This document shows, in pieces, positions 1-12,319 of a stretch of DNA of 64,000 nt. The DNA comes from Lama glama (lineage: Eukaryota): positions 1,116,001 to 1,180,000 of the forward strand of contig CM052824.1 in assembly GCA_028534125.1 (NCBI GenBank), written 5' to 3'. Each line of letters begins with the position of its first letter. The stretch's first letter is position 1. The notes below the pieces were generated by a model. The model ran no database searches and was not told the origin of the DNA. It was given only the letters and a program-made list of their open reading frames with translations. The translations under genes were made by a program, and so were the position numbers.

Positions 1-39
1 CTCACAGAGCACAACCAACATGCTCTGTGCTCTGCCATC

Positions 40-400
40 TCTGAGCATCCTTTGCTTGTCTGCTCTTACCCCAGTTATCTATGTGACTCACACTCCCACC
101 TTCTCAAGTGTCTGTTAAAATGTGACTGTCCGAGTGGCCTTCCCTGACCTCCTTCTGCAGGAGCGCTCCACTCCCCTCCTGCCACCCTCCATCTTCTTTG
201 TCCTGCTCTATTTGTCTTTAGATTATTTATCACCTCCAGATAAACTATGTAATGTTTAGGCCATTTCTCTGCTTCTGCCCTTGAATGTAAGCTCCATGAA
301 AGCAGGGTCTTTGTCTCTTTTGTTCATTACTAGTCTCCCAAGCCTAGAACAGTGGCCAGCTCTTAGGAGGTACTCGGTAAATATTTGTTGACAGTATGAA
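40..400 (+). mobile_element. L2 LINE 3' end remnant
   Basis: Typical L2 3' terminus: 'ggccttccctgacc...cttgaatgtaagctccatgaaagcagggtctttgtc...cctagaacagtggccagctcttaggaggtactcggtaaatatttgttga'. Confidence 0.85.
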
Positions 401-624
401 TTAGTGCCCAGGAAGAAGCACACAATGCATTTGGACCACAGATGAGAGAGAGAGTGACTCTAGCTGGAAGATTCATGAAGGGCTTTGGGAAGAAGATGTG
501 TGTCTACTAAGTGCCCAGGTTAGTGGTGGTGAAAGATTGTATCAGATGACTCATAATTAAGTATCTTTCAAATTGGGTTTTTGTACACACACACATGCAA
601 CTGTGTTTTAATTATTATGAAACA

Positions 625-805
625 TCCAACTAGTTTCTAAAATAGAGGACACCCAGTTAAAATCAAAGTTTAGATCAACAATGAATATTTTTAAGTATAA
701 GTAGGTCTCACGCAATATTTAGGGAAAACTGATACTAACTATTTCTTCATTGTTTATCTGAAACTTAAATTTAACTGGGCATCCTATATTTTGACTGGTA
801 ATCTT
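625..805. mobile_element. MER53-like palindromic non-autonomous DNA transposon (MITE)
   Basis: Long imperfect inverted arms: 'aaaatagaggacacccagttaaaatcaaagtttagatcaacaatgaa' (~638-685) pairs with 'ttcattgtttatctgaaacttaaatttaactgggcatcctatatttt' (~746-792). Sequence resembles the recalled MER53 consensus. Confidence 0.8.
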
Positions 806-3800
806 ATGCTATAAGGAACAACATAACAAAGGAAAGGTGTATTTGATTCTTAGAACTCAAAATTCACATAATTAATACAAAAAATACAAAGTAGGGGGAT
901 GGGAAGCCAGAATTCATTCAGTCTCTGATTTTTGTAGCTTTGGGACAGGTTAAGGGTATTGATATTACAGTCACACCAGATGGGGTTTGATTTATTTATT
1001 TTTTCATTTTAAAATCATTCTTAACTGGATTATTGTAGTTTTTGAAAAATCTAAAATGTATTTATTTTAATGTTTGTTGTTGTTCACAATACTGTCTCCA
1101 AAATTCCACAGAAAACTTTGTCTGGAATGATTCACAGTATATCGTGAGGGCTGTTTGGCTTTCTTGATATCTTTATCAAATCTAACTTCCAATTCAAAGG
1201 TATTTATTTGGGGCTCATTTCTTTAGTACTAATTATTGGCATTAATGCTGACAGATGACTCAATTCACTTTTAACAGATTGTAATTTTAAAATGATAATT
1301 ATATTGAAATTAAAATAACCATAAAATAGTTACCAAGTGACTTACAAAAAGTATTTCAGATAAACAGGAGCACGGCTCAGGTGATACTGACAAGAGCAGG
1401 AGAGATTCCAGTTTAGCAGCTAAAGAGATGTTTTTATGAGACTACAACTTTGGAGTTGTAAGAGTCTTGATGACTTTTTAAAATTATAAATTAAATTTTA
1501 AATCATTAGTTCAAATTTTGTGCATAAAGCAAAGAGTTATTAATATTTTAGGTTGCACTATCTCAAACTGCCTACTTTAAATATCACAAGAAATGCAATG
1601 GCCTTATAGAGGACCTCAAAAAGCTTAGAAGGACTTTGGAAGGTAATATGAGCAGAAATCAAACGCTTACAAGAGAATGTATTCAGTGCTGTCAAGTTCT
1701 AAAAACCAAAAAAATTTAAAGAATGGAGAAATCATCCTGAGATGGAAAAATTGGGAAAGCTTCACCGAGAAATGGGGGCTCCATGTGTGCCCTGTAGGAG
1801 GGACTGGGGATGTGTTCTCGCAGAGGATGCTGACGGTCAGGCCAAGGGAGAAGCTGCATGCACACAACTTCGGGGAGGAAAACGAGAGCAAAAGTCCCAA
1901 GAGCCAGAGACGGCACAGACAGCAAGGGAAAAGTAGACACACTTCCCTTTGGAATTGCTGGGACACAATCATGAATGAGAAACACAGTCATATTAATCAG
2001 GACCTTGAAGGCCACACCACTGAATTGAGACTTCATGTCGCAGACTACGGATCCATCCATGTGCCCACCCAAGCAAGGGGCATCCCGGGATGGGTGTCCA
2101 TTGTGAAGCCAGCTCAACAAAGCTGGCTCAGAGCACCTGTATGCTCTCCCACCCAAACTTAGAGGACAGGCAGCTGGCATTTTTATTCTTCGAGCAGTTC
2201 TTTAAGGAAAGTCATCTCTCTCTTTACAGATTTTTGAGCTTGTGGGGTTACTTCTACTCAGAATGAAGGCCCACGCACCTCTGTCTGTGGATACAAATCA
2301 ATACTTAGGTCTCTGAGAATTTCAAGTGGGTTGGCGGCTTTGGGACCAGAAGGTGAGAGACTAGCTTGATCCTGCATCTTCGCTGCAGACAGATCCCCCA
2401 CTAACAGCCACAGGGGTTTGGCCGATGTCAAGGCTCTCAGATCAAGCACTAAGATTACTTTCCAAACATTAATCTCCTTGAGACCAAGCACACTGTTCAA
2501 AGAGATGTCACTTCCTTGCCATTCTCCCCAACAGAAGAGGAAGGCATTTTGGTGAGATTATATTTTTGCCTGCTCATCCATTGGAGAATATTTATTTGTT
2601 TATCAATTTAGTTTATGAACATTGTACAAGTTACACAGGACAGTACCTTCTGATCATTTATTGCCCAGATTTACACTCCGTGACTTGATGGAAGGTTGCA
2701 GCTCCAGCGTGGAGTTCTCTCATTCCCTGCGTAAGCAGTTGTGCTGCGATTTACAGGATAAAGACATTCTTTTTAGACACTGTAAATAGCCCTTGTCTTA
2801 TTTATACATCTCCCTTAACATTGTGTCCCCTTCAAAAATATTTTTATTTAAAATGGCATGCAAGGAAATAGCTCGGCATCCATAAGGGGGAAAAAAAAAG
2901 CGACCACAAACCCCTGATAAATCCATCTGTTGAAAACCACAGTACACAAATGAAGAGTAAGTTAACATCATATGTCTTAATCTCCTAGGACCATTGCTCC
3001 CACTTATTGTTTCTTGTAGAATATTCAAAAGGTATTTTTTCCAGTAGACCAGCTCCTTTTAGTTCACACCCTGGAAATGCTTTGTTTGTTTTAAATAGGT
3101 CCAGTATGCTCAGCACCCACATTTTTAGTAGGTCCAGCCGTAGTAAAGTGCCTGGTCTGTATGGTTTTCTTCCTCTGTTATTTATTTTGTCTTCTCCAAC
3201 TCTCCTCTCGAACAATTCATAGTTACCAAAAGACATATTAAATTCCTCCCCAAACTTTCCCTACTAAATGCAGACTGTAATCCTGTCTCTAGCCGAGCAA
3301 GATGCAGTAACTGGACAGCCCTAAGATTTCTTTTCTTAATTCTTAAACGTTTCCCTTCCTCCATCCCTTGTGAGATAGGTGAGAAAAGCAATTGCCCCCA
3401 CTGCTTAATGCACCACAACTCGGAAACTCACTCCATCCTTGTAATTTTGAATCCCAGCCCAGCCGGCGGTTCCTGGATCTCAGACTCCGAATATGAGTTC
3501 AGCACTTTTAAATCAATCACTCTGAACAGTATTTCTGTCAAATGGAAACCTTTTCTTCTTTGGCAGAGAGGCTTGCCCGATTTTGACTGCAGCCCCGGAG
3601 AACTGAGCAGGCTCATAAATGAAACCAGGGTGTAGGAGAAAAATTAAACGAGATATAATTTTCTAACATTGTCATTGGCAGCATCCTGTTCCATTTACTT
3701 TCGGGAAGATGAAGGCACCTCTGTACCCTGTAGAGTTTTTCAAGCAGTTCCCCCATCCCAGGTTGATGGCTTACTGCTGTTTGACTAGCAAGGCACTACT

Positions 3801-4047
3801 TAGCTGAGGTGGAAACAGAAGGAGGAACGAAATACTCCTTGGGTTCTACTCTCCAACTTAAAAATCTCCCTCCAATAATTAAAATGCTTTCAGAATTAGG
3901 TTACTTTATAAATTTTGCTTGTTATTGCTCTTAGCGGGTTACATCGTCCTCTGAAAGTCTCCATTGTTGGTGGTGGGCTTGGTGAGACAGTACTGAGGCC
4001 TCTTGACTTCGACACATGTGACACAGTGGCTGCAAAATTAGCACACC

Positions 4048-4235
4048 GGGGTGGGGTATGGCTCAGTGGTAGAACACATGCCTAGCGTGCATGAGGTCCT
4101 GAGTTCAATCCCCAGCACCTCTAACAGAAAAATAAATAAATTCTTATGAACAAATAAATAAATTAATAAACTTAATTACCCCCAAAACAAAACAAAACAG
4201 AAAAACCCAAAACAAACAAACAAAATCCCAAAACA
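4048..4235 (+). mobile_element. Camelid tRNA-derived SINE (vic-1-like) with A-rich tail
   Basis: 'ggggtggggtatggctcagtggtagaacacatgcctagcgtgcatgaggtcctgagttcaatccccagcacctc' has Pol III A box (tggctcagtgg) and B box (gagttcaatcc), followed by a (TAAA)/(CAAAA)-rich tail. Confidence 0.85.
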
Positions 4236-4919
4236 TCTCTTTCTCCATTTTTGCTAGGATGAGTTTAAATCTCAAGCTCTGAAAATAAAGAAATGGCCCC
4301 GAAAATGATATAACAGACCAACTGTCTTTGGGACCTTAAATAATAATAATAACAAAATGTTTATAAATTTTACTATTCACAGAGCACTGTTCTTGACCCT
4401 GTACATGCATGTCCCATGAGGACCAACCATGATCCATTGTGCCCAGACATCCAGGTAACACAGAAATTAATACTTCCTTTATTCTCAACCTTCGACTATG
4501 CTCTTTATTTCTTATATGTATGGCTCTCCTATTACAAATAATCTAAAATATATACAGAAATAGAGACTGTGAGATTTATTAAGAAAAGCCCATAGAGAGG
4601 TGCTAATTTCCTCTGCCAGATTGCACTGAAGGATATTTATAAACGTCATTTCTTGGCAGTTTTTATACAATGGCTATGCTTCCTATGTCTTGATTTCTTC
4701 ACAATGCCCCAAATATTCCCTAAAATCCCTTAGATACCTTGAAATTATCTCATCTATAGACAACCACTGATTTACGGACATTAAACATGAGATTTTTGAG
4801 CTCTAAGTTACATTGGAATTGGTAGTTACAGGGAAATGTGAAGAGTGGGGAAAAAAGATTTAAACATACATGGAGTTGAACATAGCTGACAAATTTATGG
4901 AAATAATTTTGAAATAAGT

Positions 4920-5055
4920 ACATTCATTCATTCAGTATTTATTCAACACATATTTATTGAGTGTTTACTATTATTGAGCAGTGAGTGCCTGGCACTATGT
5001 TAGCTTTTGAAACTCAGCTGTAAGAGAGGCAGACATGGTTCCTGACTTTATGAGT
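4920..5055 (-). mobile_element. L2 3' end remnant
   Basis: 'cattcattcattcag...caacacatatttattgagtgtttacta...gcctggcactatgttag...gacatggttcctgactttatgag'. Confidence 0.75.
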
Positions 5056-5444
5056 TCAGGACATTGGCCTCTGAAGCAGGAAGACGAGGTCTTGAATTCT
5101 TTAAAGAAACATTGCTGGACCCAATTACCATAGAATTCTGAACACCTAATCTAAATGTGGAGCAGCGAGCAGCAAGCACTAGGAAAGGCCATATAACAGG
5201 TGTGTTTCAAATGACGGGCCAAGAAAATAATACAAACTTTGAGCTACAAAGTGCCTTTAGGATCAAACATCCTAGCCTCCTCATTAACCCGAATGAAATT
5301 CCTGGTTATGTTCACATAGGGGTTAATGGCTGAGCTGAGTCCAGAACCCATATCTCTTGACATCTAAGAAAGTACCTATCAAATGTGTGCTTTTGGAATA
5401 TTTTTATAATAAAATTCCACTTTGAAGTATACAGGGAAGAAGGC

Positions 5445-5880
5445 ATTATACATTGAATTGTGCCCCCCCACCCCAATTCATATGTTGAAGCCCTGACCTC
5501 CAGTGCCTTAGAAGGTGACCTCATTTAGAGGCAGTGTCACCGTGGATGTAATTTGTTAAATTAAGATGAGGTTGTGCTGGTGTAGGGTGGGCCCCAAATC
5601 CAATATGGCTGGTGTCCTCGTAGAGAGAAGAAATTTGGAATCTGAAATCTACACACACAGGGAGAATGCCATGTAAAAACTGGGGTTACACTGTCAATAA
5701 CCAAGGGACTACCAGAAGCCAAGAGGGAAGCCTGAGCCAGATCCTTCCCCAGTGCCTTCAGAGGAAGCACGAATCCGCTGGCACTTCAGTCTCAGATTTA
5801 CAGCTTCTAGAACTGAGACAAGACATTTCTGTTGCTTAAGTCTTGTTAGTGAGGCTCCCTGACATGAATTCCAGGAGACT
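5445..5880 (+). mobile_element. MLT1 (ERVL-MaLR) solo LTR, MLT1B/C-like
   Basis: 'tgaattgtgcccccc...aattcatatgttgaagccctgacctccagtgccttagaaggtgacc...ttaagatgagg...agggtgggccccaaatccaatatggctggtgtcct...ccttcagaggaagca...cttctagaactgagac...atttctgttgcttaag' follows the MLT1 consensus throughout. Confidence 0.9.
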
Positions 5881-5924
5881 GATATGGAGGGCAGTCCCAT
5901 TCAAGGTTTGTCCACTTTGCTTTT

Positions 5925-6035
5925 TCATTCAATTACTTATTCATCAAATAAATATTTATTGAGCCCCTGCTATGTGCCAAACACTACACAAAACATTGGG
6001 AAAACAGACGAATAAGACCCAATCACTATCTTCAG
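5925..6035 (-). mobile_element. L2 3' end remnant
   Basis: 'tattcatcaaataaatatttattgagcccctgctatgtgccaaacact'. Confidence 0.75.
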
Positions 6036-7589
6036 AAATATACATGAGTATTCCAGAGTGTTAAAGAATTACATTGTTGGGTTCCTCCCATCCCCAGTTT
6101 GGGATCCGCTTGCATCTGTGTGGTTCTTTGCCGATAAGCATGATTTACTCCTCCCATTGACACTGAAAGTCTAGATTCCACTTCTATCCTGGGCCCAGCC
6201 TCTTCCCTGGAAATATGTGGAACTGCTGCTTCCCAGGAGCAGTAACTGTCTCCAATCAGTGAGTCATGGGCTGAGGGTGGAATCCAGGCCAGGGACGGTC
6301 CCTGAGCATGCTATTAAACCAAGCATCTCAAAACCACCCACCAGAGGAGAGCCGCGAGGCCAGCGCCGGGTCCCCAGCATGCTTTATCAGGGCTATAAAG
6401 TGAGTATTTAAAATTTTAAAGTTTTCAAATGAAATATACAAAAGTTGATTATTTCGCTGTTTATCAACTGTACCCTTCTGCGGTCAAGGGGACAGACAAT
6501 AAAATTGTTCAGAGGAGGCTTCAAAACTACTTTCTGCCATTTTATTGCAACTTTAAAGAGGAGACGTGGAGCAAGAGCCCCAGAAGACCCCCGGCCGGCG
6601 CTACCACTTTGCCTCCTGAGAGCACATTTGCTTTCCTACAGCTGATGCTGCTGGAGTCAGTCCCTCTTTGCCCTCGCTGTGACCATGCGGTCGTGGCTTC
6701 CAGGGCTGTGTCTGTGACAACCAGAAGCCAGTGGCCTTGCAGGAACTCTGGCCCCCAGACCCATCAATGGGGCGGGTCATCATTGAATCATCCCTGCTTC
6801 TCAATTACCTGTTGCCTTTCTCCATCCCCGAGGGACCCTCTGCCCTCAATCTTTCTGCTCCCACTGACATACTGGGCATGTCCATGCAGAGGACAGTGAG
6901 AGTGAATTTAACAGGAATACAAAATTAGGCAAAGGTTGGATTCACCCTTCCACCATTTGTCTTTACGAGGATGTGAGGAGTCTCACATATGCACTACGGG
7001 AAAGGAAGAAAACAAATCTTTCTTCTCCATCAATGTAAAGAACACCCATGCTATTTATGTTTCTAGAAATCCCACTGGAAAAAGCCTGACAGATGAACCT
7101 TTAAGTGAATTTATGAGGGTCTTATTGTCCATGGTTTTTAGTACAGACACTATTTTTCATTTGAGGCCAGCTCCCTTTAAACCTCACCTTTTTATCTAGA
7201 AAAATAAAATATAGGCTCATAATGTCCAGAGTAGCCCTTTTAAATGGCAGAGAATGAGCTAAGAGGTCTAGTGCGCCCGAGATCTCTTTAGGGCCTCTTG
7301 GCCTTTTTGCATTTTTGTTTTATTGTCTCTTCTCAGCTGCAAGAAAGCACAGTGGGAAGCTGAAGTGTTTCCCTGTGGGCTTATATGGGGCTTCCTGGAA
7401 TTAAGCCTCTGCCATGGTGGGTACCATCCTATCACCTGCTAGTCTACATAGGGAGTCGAGAGCATCTCAACTGCACTTAAGAGAGTAGGTGACCCCAAGT
7501 GAAATACAGAGAAAAACACAGTTCCAGCAAATGGCTATCACAGAGAGGGAAGAGAATTAAGGAACACATTATTATTCGAGTTATGCGTT

Positions 7590-8210
7590 CTTTCAGTTAT
7601 TTATTCAAACTATTTCTTGAGCACCTAATACGTGTCGGGTTTACATCACCCTAGGGATGTAATGTTGCACAAAAATAGACATGCTTACCATCCCACAGAG
7701 CTCTCAGTTTGATGACAGAAAGGCATCAATAAAATAATGATGTAAATAAATTAAGTAAAGGGGCAAGTGTAACTGCTGTGAAGGATAATTCTGAGTGCTC
7801 TGTGGGCATAAAATGAACCAGTTTCACCTCGTCTGGGGTGGAGGTAGTGGTGAGAGGGTCTCAGAGAAGGCTTGCTTGAAAAAGTAATTATTGAACTTAG
7901 ATTTAAAGAAACTGTAGGAATCAATTAAACAGCTAGAGTTGGAGCCAGGGATGGGAATGGGGTAGGGAGCAATCCAAGCGGAGTGTGGAAAGAGGTCACA
8001 CATCCTTTGTCAAAGGAAGAAGGGCACACTTAAGGAACTTACCGGAACACCTGGAGAGAAAGGTGTGAAATGCAGCTGGAGTGGTTGGTAGGAGGCAGCC
8101 AGTCCATGCGGGGGCTTGGCAGACCCTATTAAAGCTTTGGAAGTGATCCAAAGAGCAACGGAGAGCCGTTGAAAGGTTTCAAGCAGAGAGAGTAACATGA
8201 AGAGAACACC
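7590..8210 (-). mobile_element. L2 remnant
   Basis: 'tttattcaaactatttcttgagcacctaatacgtgtc...cacagagctctcagttt...ggtctcagagaaggcttgcttgaa...gagagccgttgaaaggtttcaagcagagagagtaacatga'. Confidence 0.75.
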
Positions 8211-9384
8211 ATTGTTCCTGCTAAGAGCAGGTAGAATTAGCTGCAAACCCTGAAACCTTCGTGCTAGTCCCTTGCTCCACACCCAACGCAGGGCCACATC
8301 TCCTAGGAACCCCAGATAATCCCAATCTACCATGGGAATCCTAACATCTCCATCTAATTTCATTTTCTTGCACATGGATTGGACAACTTTGTATTCCCTG
8401 ACAAAGGGGATGACAAATCGCTATTTAAAAATGTAGCAATTTGGGCTGCACACCTAGCAAGATTAGCAACTAATAATAGATTTAGAAAGCAAAATGTTCC
8501 ATTTGGAATATCTCAGCAGAGCCACCTGCTAAGACAATAGGTAAAACTGTTTCAATGTATTTCTGTATTACTTTTAATTTGCTTTAACAGCCATCCCCAA
8601 CTTCTAACACAGTATATACCCTAGACTATCAACAATCATCAAAAGTGATAGTAATGTAATTTAAATTGTTTACTTTCAGAAATAATGAGCTAATCTGTAA
8701 CAACAGAGCAGTAACCACACTTCCATGTTACTAGCCAAGAAAACCTGGCTATTACCCAAATTTGGGTAAATCACACCACAAAGCACATGTTAATTTTGGC
8801 TGTCCCTCCCAACTTAACGAAATGTTTATTTCGAATTATCTGAGCTCCCTGCATCCATTTTCTCCGTTTTCAATTTGGAGGGAGGGCTCTTTTCAAAACT
8901 TGAAACTGCTCGTGCCGTTTTGCCTGCTTCAAGCCTTCACTGGCTTTCCATTGTTCCGAGGTTGAAGGCCAAACTGAAACATGGCCATGTTCAGCCCCAA
9001 AGCCCCCAGCCTCACCTGGCCCTGGGCTCCTGATCACACTCCCTGCCTGGCACTCCGCAGGAGGGGACACCGTGCTGTGACCAAGTCCCAGCCCCTGTCC
9101 TTAAGCTGCATGTGGTCTGGTGAGAGAAGCTAGGCTACAGTACATGGATTCCATTATTACTAGGTAATCGGGCAACTTTTTACAGAGTAAACGCAGGGTG
9201 CCAGCAGAGCACATATGCCCGGCACGTAATCCAGGCTCCTGGAATCTGGGAAGTTTTTCTGGATTCAGCATCGCATTTACATGTAGCTTTAGGAGAGAAG
9301 ACCACACAGTTTAAAACTTAATGATATGTGTTCTGATACTGGCCACTCTTTCGTTTTTTCCCAAGGTCATCTTATTTCCCAAAT

Positions 9385-9500
9385 TATACTGTGAGCTCCT
9401 TGAAGGTAAAGCCCGTCACTTACCCTTATATATCCTGAACGTTGTCTACACAGTGCTGACCACATGTTACGTGCTTCTAAATACATGTTGACCAATTAAT
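9385..9500 (+). mobile_element. L2 3' end remnant
   Basis: 'tactgtgagctccttgaaggtaaagcc...tacacagtgctgaccacatgttacgtgcttctaaatacatgttga'. Confidence 0.65.
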
Positions 9501-9807
9501 GGGACAGTAAATCCTTACCTTGGTGTGTGGGGGGCAAGGGCGGGAGTGGTCAAAAGTGCTAGGTCCAAATCAACTAGGAATGGAAAGCATGGCTATGTGG
9601 AAAAGGCTGGCACAGAAAGAAAGCTTTATTGGTACTCAAATTATTTTTTTCAATGTAACGGTGATAATGATATAATGACTGTATGATTTAATTGGCAGGT
9701 AGGAGCCAGAAAAAGCCCTCACTAACTCACACTAATGAGAGGGAGGCCCATTGCAGTCCGACGGAGGTTGCTCTTGGTAATTGATTTTCTATTTTTAAAA
9801 TATGTGC

Positions 9808-9955
9808 NNNNNNNNNNNNNNNNNNNNNNNNNNNNNNNNNNNNNNNNNNNNNNNNNNNNNNNNNNNNNNNNNNNNNNNNNNNNNNNNNNNNNNNNNNNNN
9901 NNNNNNNNNNNNNNNNNNNNNNNNNNNNNNNNNNNNNNNNNNNNNNNNNNNNNNN
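9808..9955. other. Assembly gap (N run)
   Basis: Run of N. Confidence 1.
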
Positions 9956-12319
9956 AAATAATGAAGTCTTAGTAATATGAGAACATGATAGAGCTCTCAG
10001 CTATTAAATCTTTGTGGAGAAAGGAAGTGAGGCTGTGGGGTTCTTTGTGAGAACTGGGGGTTTGCAGATTAGGGAAGTGGAAATTAGCAAAGTTTTTCTA
10101 AATTACATTTATGAAGTGTATCTACAGTGATATGTTAAAAAGCATTGACTATGACTAATATGTTTGAATAGGACAAATATGTTAAGATACATGTTTCTTT
10201 TATGTGGGCAGCTCAGTAGATATTAAGACTTAAAAAAAAAAAATAGGCCTCAGCTGGTTTTCTACTTGGTGGCATACTTTTCTATATTTTCATTTCTGAC
10301 TCCCACAAAACACATTCTATCTCCAGATTATTAAGAATAATTTGAGCATGTGAAGGTTTTTTAAATTTCAGATTAATCTTTCGTAGGGTTATGGATGGAA
10401 TTATAATCATTTCCTGAGGAAAAAAAAAGATTAATGTTTTGAAAGTTATATAAGACTTGTCTTCGTATTTTTGCTATTGGTATATTTTACATATTTTTTT
10501 CTTTACTTAAATATTCTGTTACATCCAACTTTCCAATTCTAAATTCCAGAAATAAATTTTACAAGATTCAGTTGAATCAAAGTTTGCCAGAAGACTCCAC
10601 CAAATTTAAACTCCAAAGACCAACCCCCTACCATGCCCCCGCCAAAGAGGGCCTCCGTTCTCAGCAGGGTCTTTGCTTTTTTTTGCCATTTAAGACACGC
10701 TTGCCCAGTTCCTTTGTCTCGGTAACTGAAAATGTTTCCCGCTCCCTCTAGGCCTTCCTTTGCAGATCTGTCTTCCCTTTCTTTGAATAGCTCCTCCTGC
10801 ATGTCCTCCCAGGTTTGTCCTCATCTCCCAGCTCTCTCACCACTCGCCCCTCATTCTCTTTAAAACCCTCGCTGGCACCATCTTCCTCCTCTGATTGGTC
10901 CTAGTCCCTCGCCCTCTAATCTTACCCGTCCTTTTCTTCTCACCTTGTACCACACTCTTAGAGGACTGAAGTGAAGCTTCCGTCCTATCACTAAAATACT
11001 GGGAAAATCTGTGGTTGAGGTTGTAGGTTTCATGTGGCCAATTTTCATTGTAGAGTTTGCAGGGTTCCTTTAAGTTTATTAGTGAAAGAATAGGCATTGA
11101 AAGCTCATAATAAGGACAATTATGGAAAGTATGATCTATTATATTGTTATAAAAATTAAAATTCGGAGCCAAAGGAGGTCTTATCTCTATTTTAAGGACT
11201 AATAGCTAAGGCTAACTTGCAAATAAATACCAAAATTATTAGCCCAGAGGAATATTGGGGCAGTTACCTTCTATTTATGTGTTTTGTTTACAAACTGAAG
11301 AGAATACATACATATGTGTGTGTGTATATATATATGTATATATATAAAACTACAAGTAGTTGATAATGACTTTTCTGAAAACTTGTTGTAAGTATTTGTG
11401 ATACCTCTCATGAAGAGGGAAGAGCTATGCAAGGCGTGATATCTAAAGAACATTGCTGGAATAGAAAACTTAGAAAACATAACATACCAGTTTCCCAAGA
11501 GAAAACCCAGGACCCCAGGTCAATAGGCAAATCATGTAGGTAAAGAGTCCAGGATGCTCTGTACTTGAGAGGTCTTCAGGAAGTCTGATGATGGTTGTAG
11601 CACCTCTATCATCATTCCTGCAACTGGGGCAGGTGTTCTGTGCCCAGGGCAAGATATTGGCCAGAATAAAACAGAGCAGATTCAGATTCAGAACTAAGCC
11701 ATCTCAGAATAGGAATTTTCAAGGCAGTGTGCAGAAAACTAATAAAGAACTCAGCCGAAGAACTTGGGCACATGAGGAAAAGCATTAACTCAGCAGCTCA
11801 GTAGTTGTTACAGGAGCATTGAGCCCTTAGTCTAATTAGCAGCACACAAAACATGGGGCATGGAGGTTAGGGCTGGGGTGATCAGATGACATTGCACTGG
11901 GGCTGTGAGAGAAAATAAACATTGTCTACTCTGAATCCAGACTGATTTGGGAACTACGGTGAGTGCTACCCTCAGGAGAAGTAATTAAGAAACACAGCTG
12001 GATAAGAGAATCAGAGGCTGAAAAGCAGTGGTTTCCAAGGTGAAACATCCACGTCTATATATGTATACATTTATGTACACAAATATGCATTTATGGATAA
12101 GAATGTATGCATACCAACACAACACAGATACTCTCCATCTTGCATCAGAGAAATTGGTGGTGTAAAGAGCATAAGCTAATGTGTAGAAATTCCACTCTCT
12201 TATTTACTCCAAATGTACCCCGACACCTGTGCAGTTTGACGTATTCCACATTCCAGTGCTGTCCAGTTTCAAAGCACCCTGGGTACATATTCCAGAACAA
12301 AGGGAAGGTATGCTTTTTG

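Noticed and set aside
1667-2180. Overlapping 161-aa (+) and 154-aa (-) ORFs
   Set aside because: No recognisable domain, no promoter or splice context, and partial overlap with an L2-like remnant. This length is expected by chance in 64 kb.
4048-4122. tRNA-like sequences here and at 60247
   Set aside because: They have A/B boxes, but the acceptor stem is degenerate and an A-rich tail follows. These are SINEs, not tRNA genes.
6429-6899. 156-aa ORF
   Set aside because: Low-information composition, no homology recognised and no exon structure.
7948-7967. G-quadruplex pattern GGGATGGGAATGGGGTAGGG
   Set aside because: Lies within a decayed L2. A common pattern with no supporting context.
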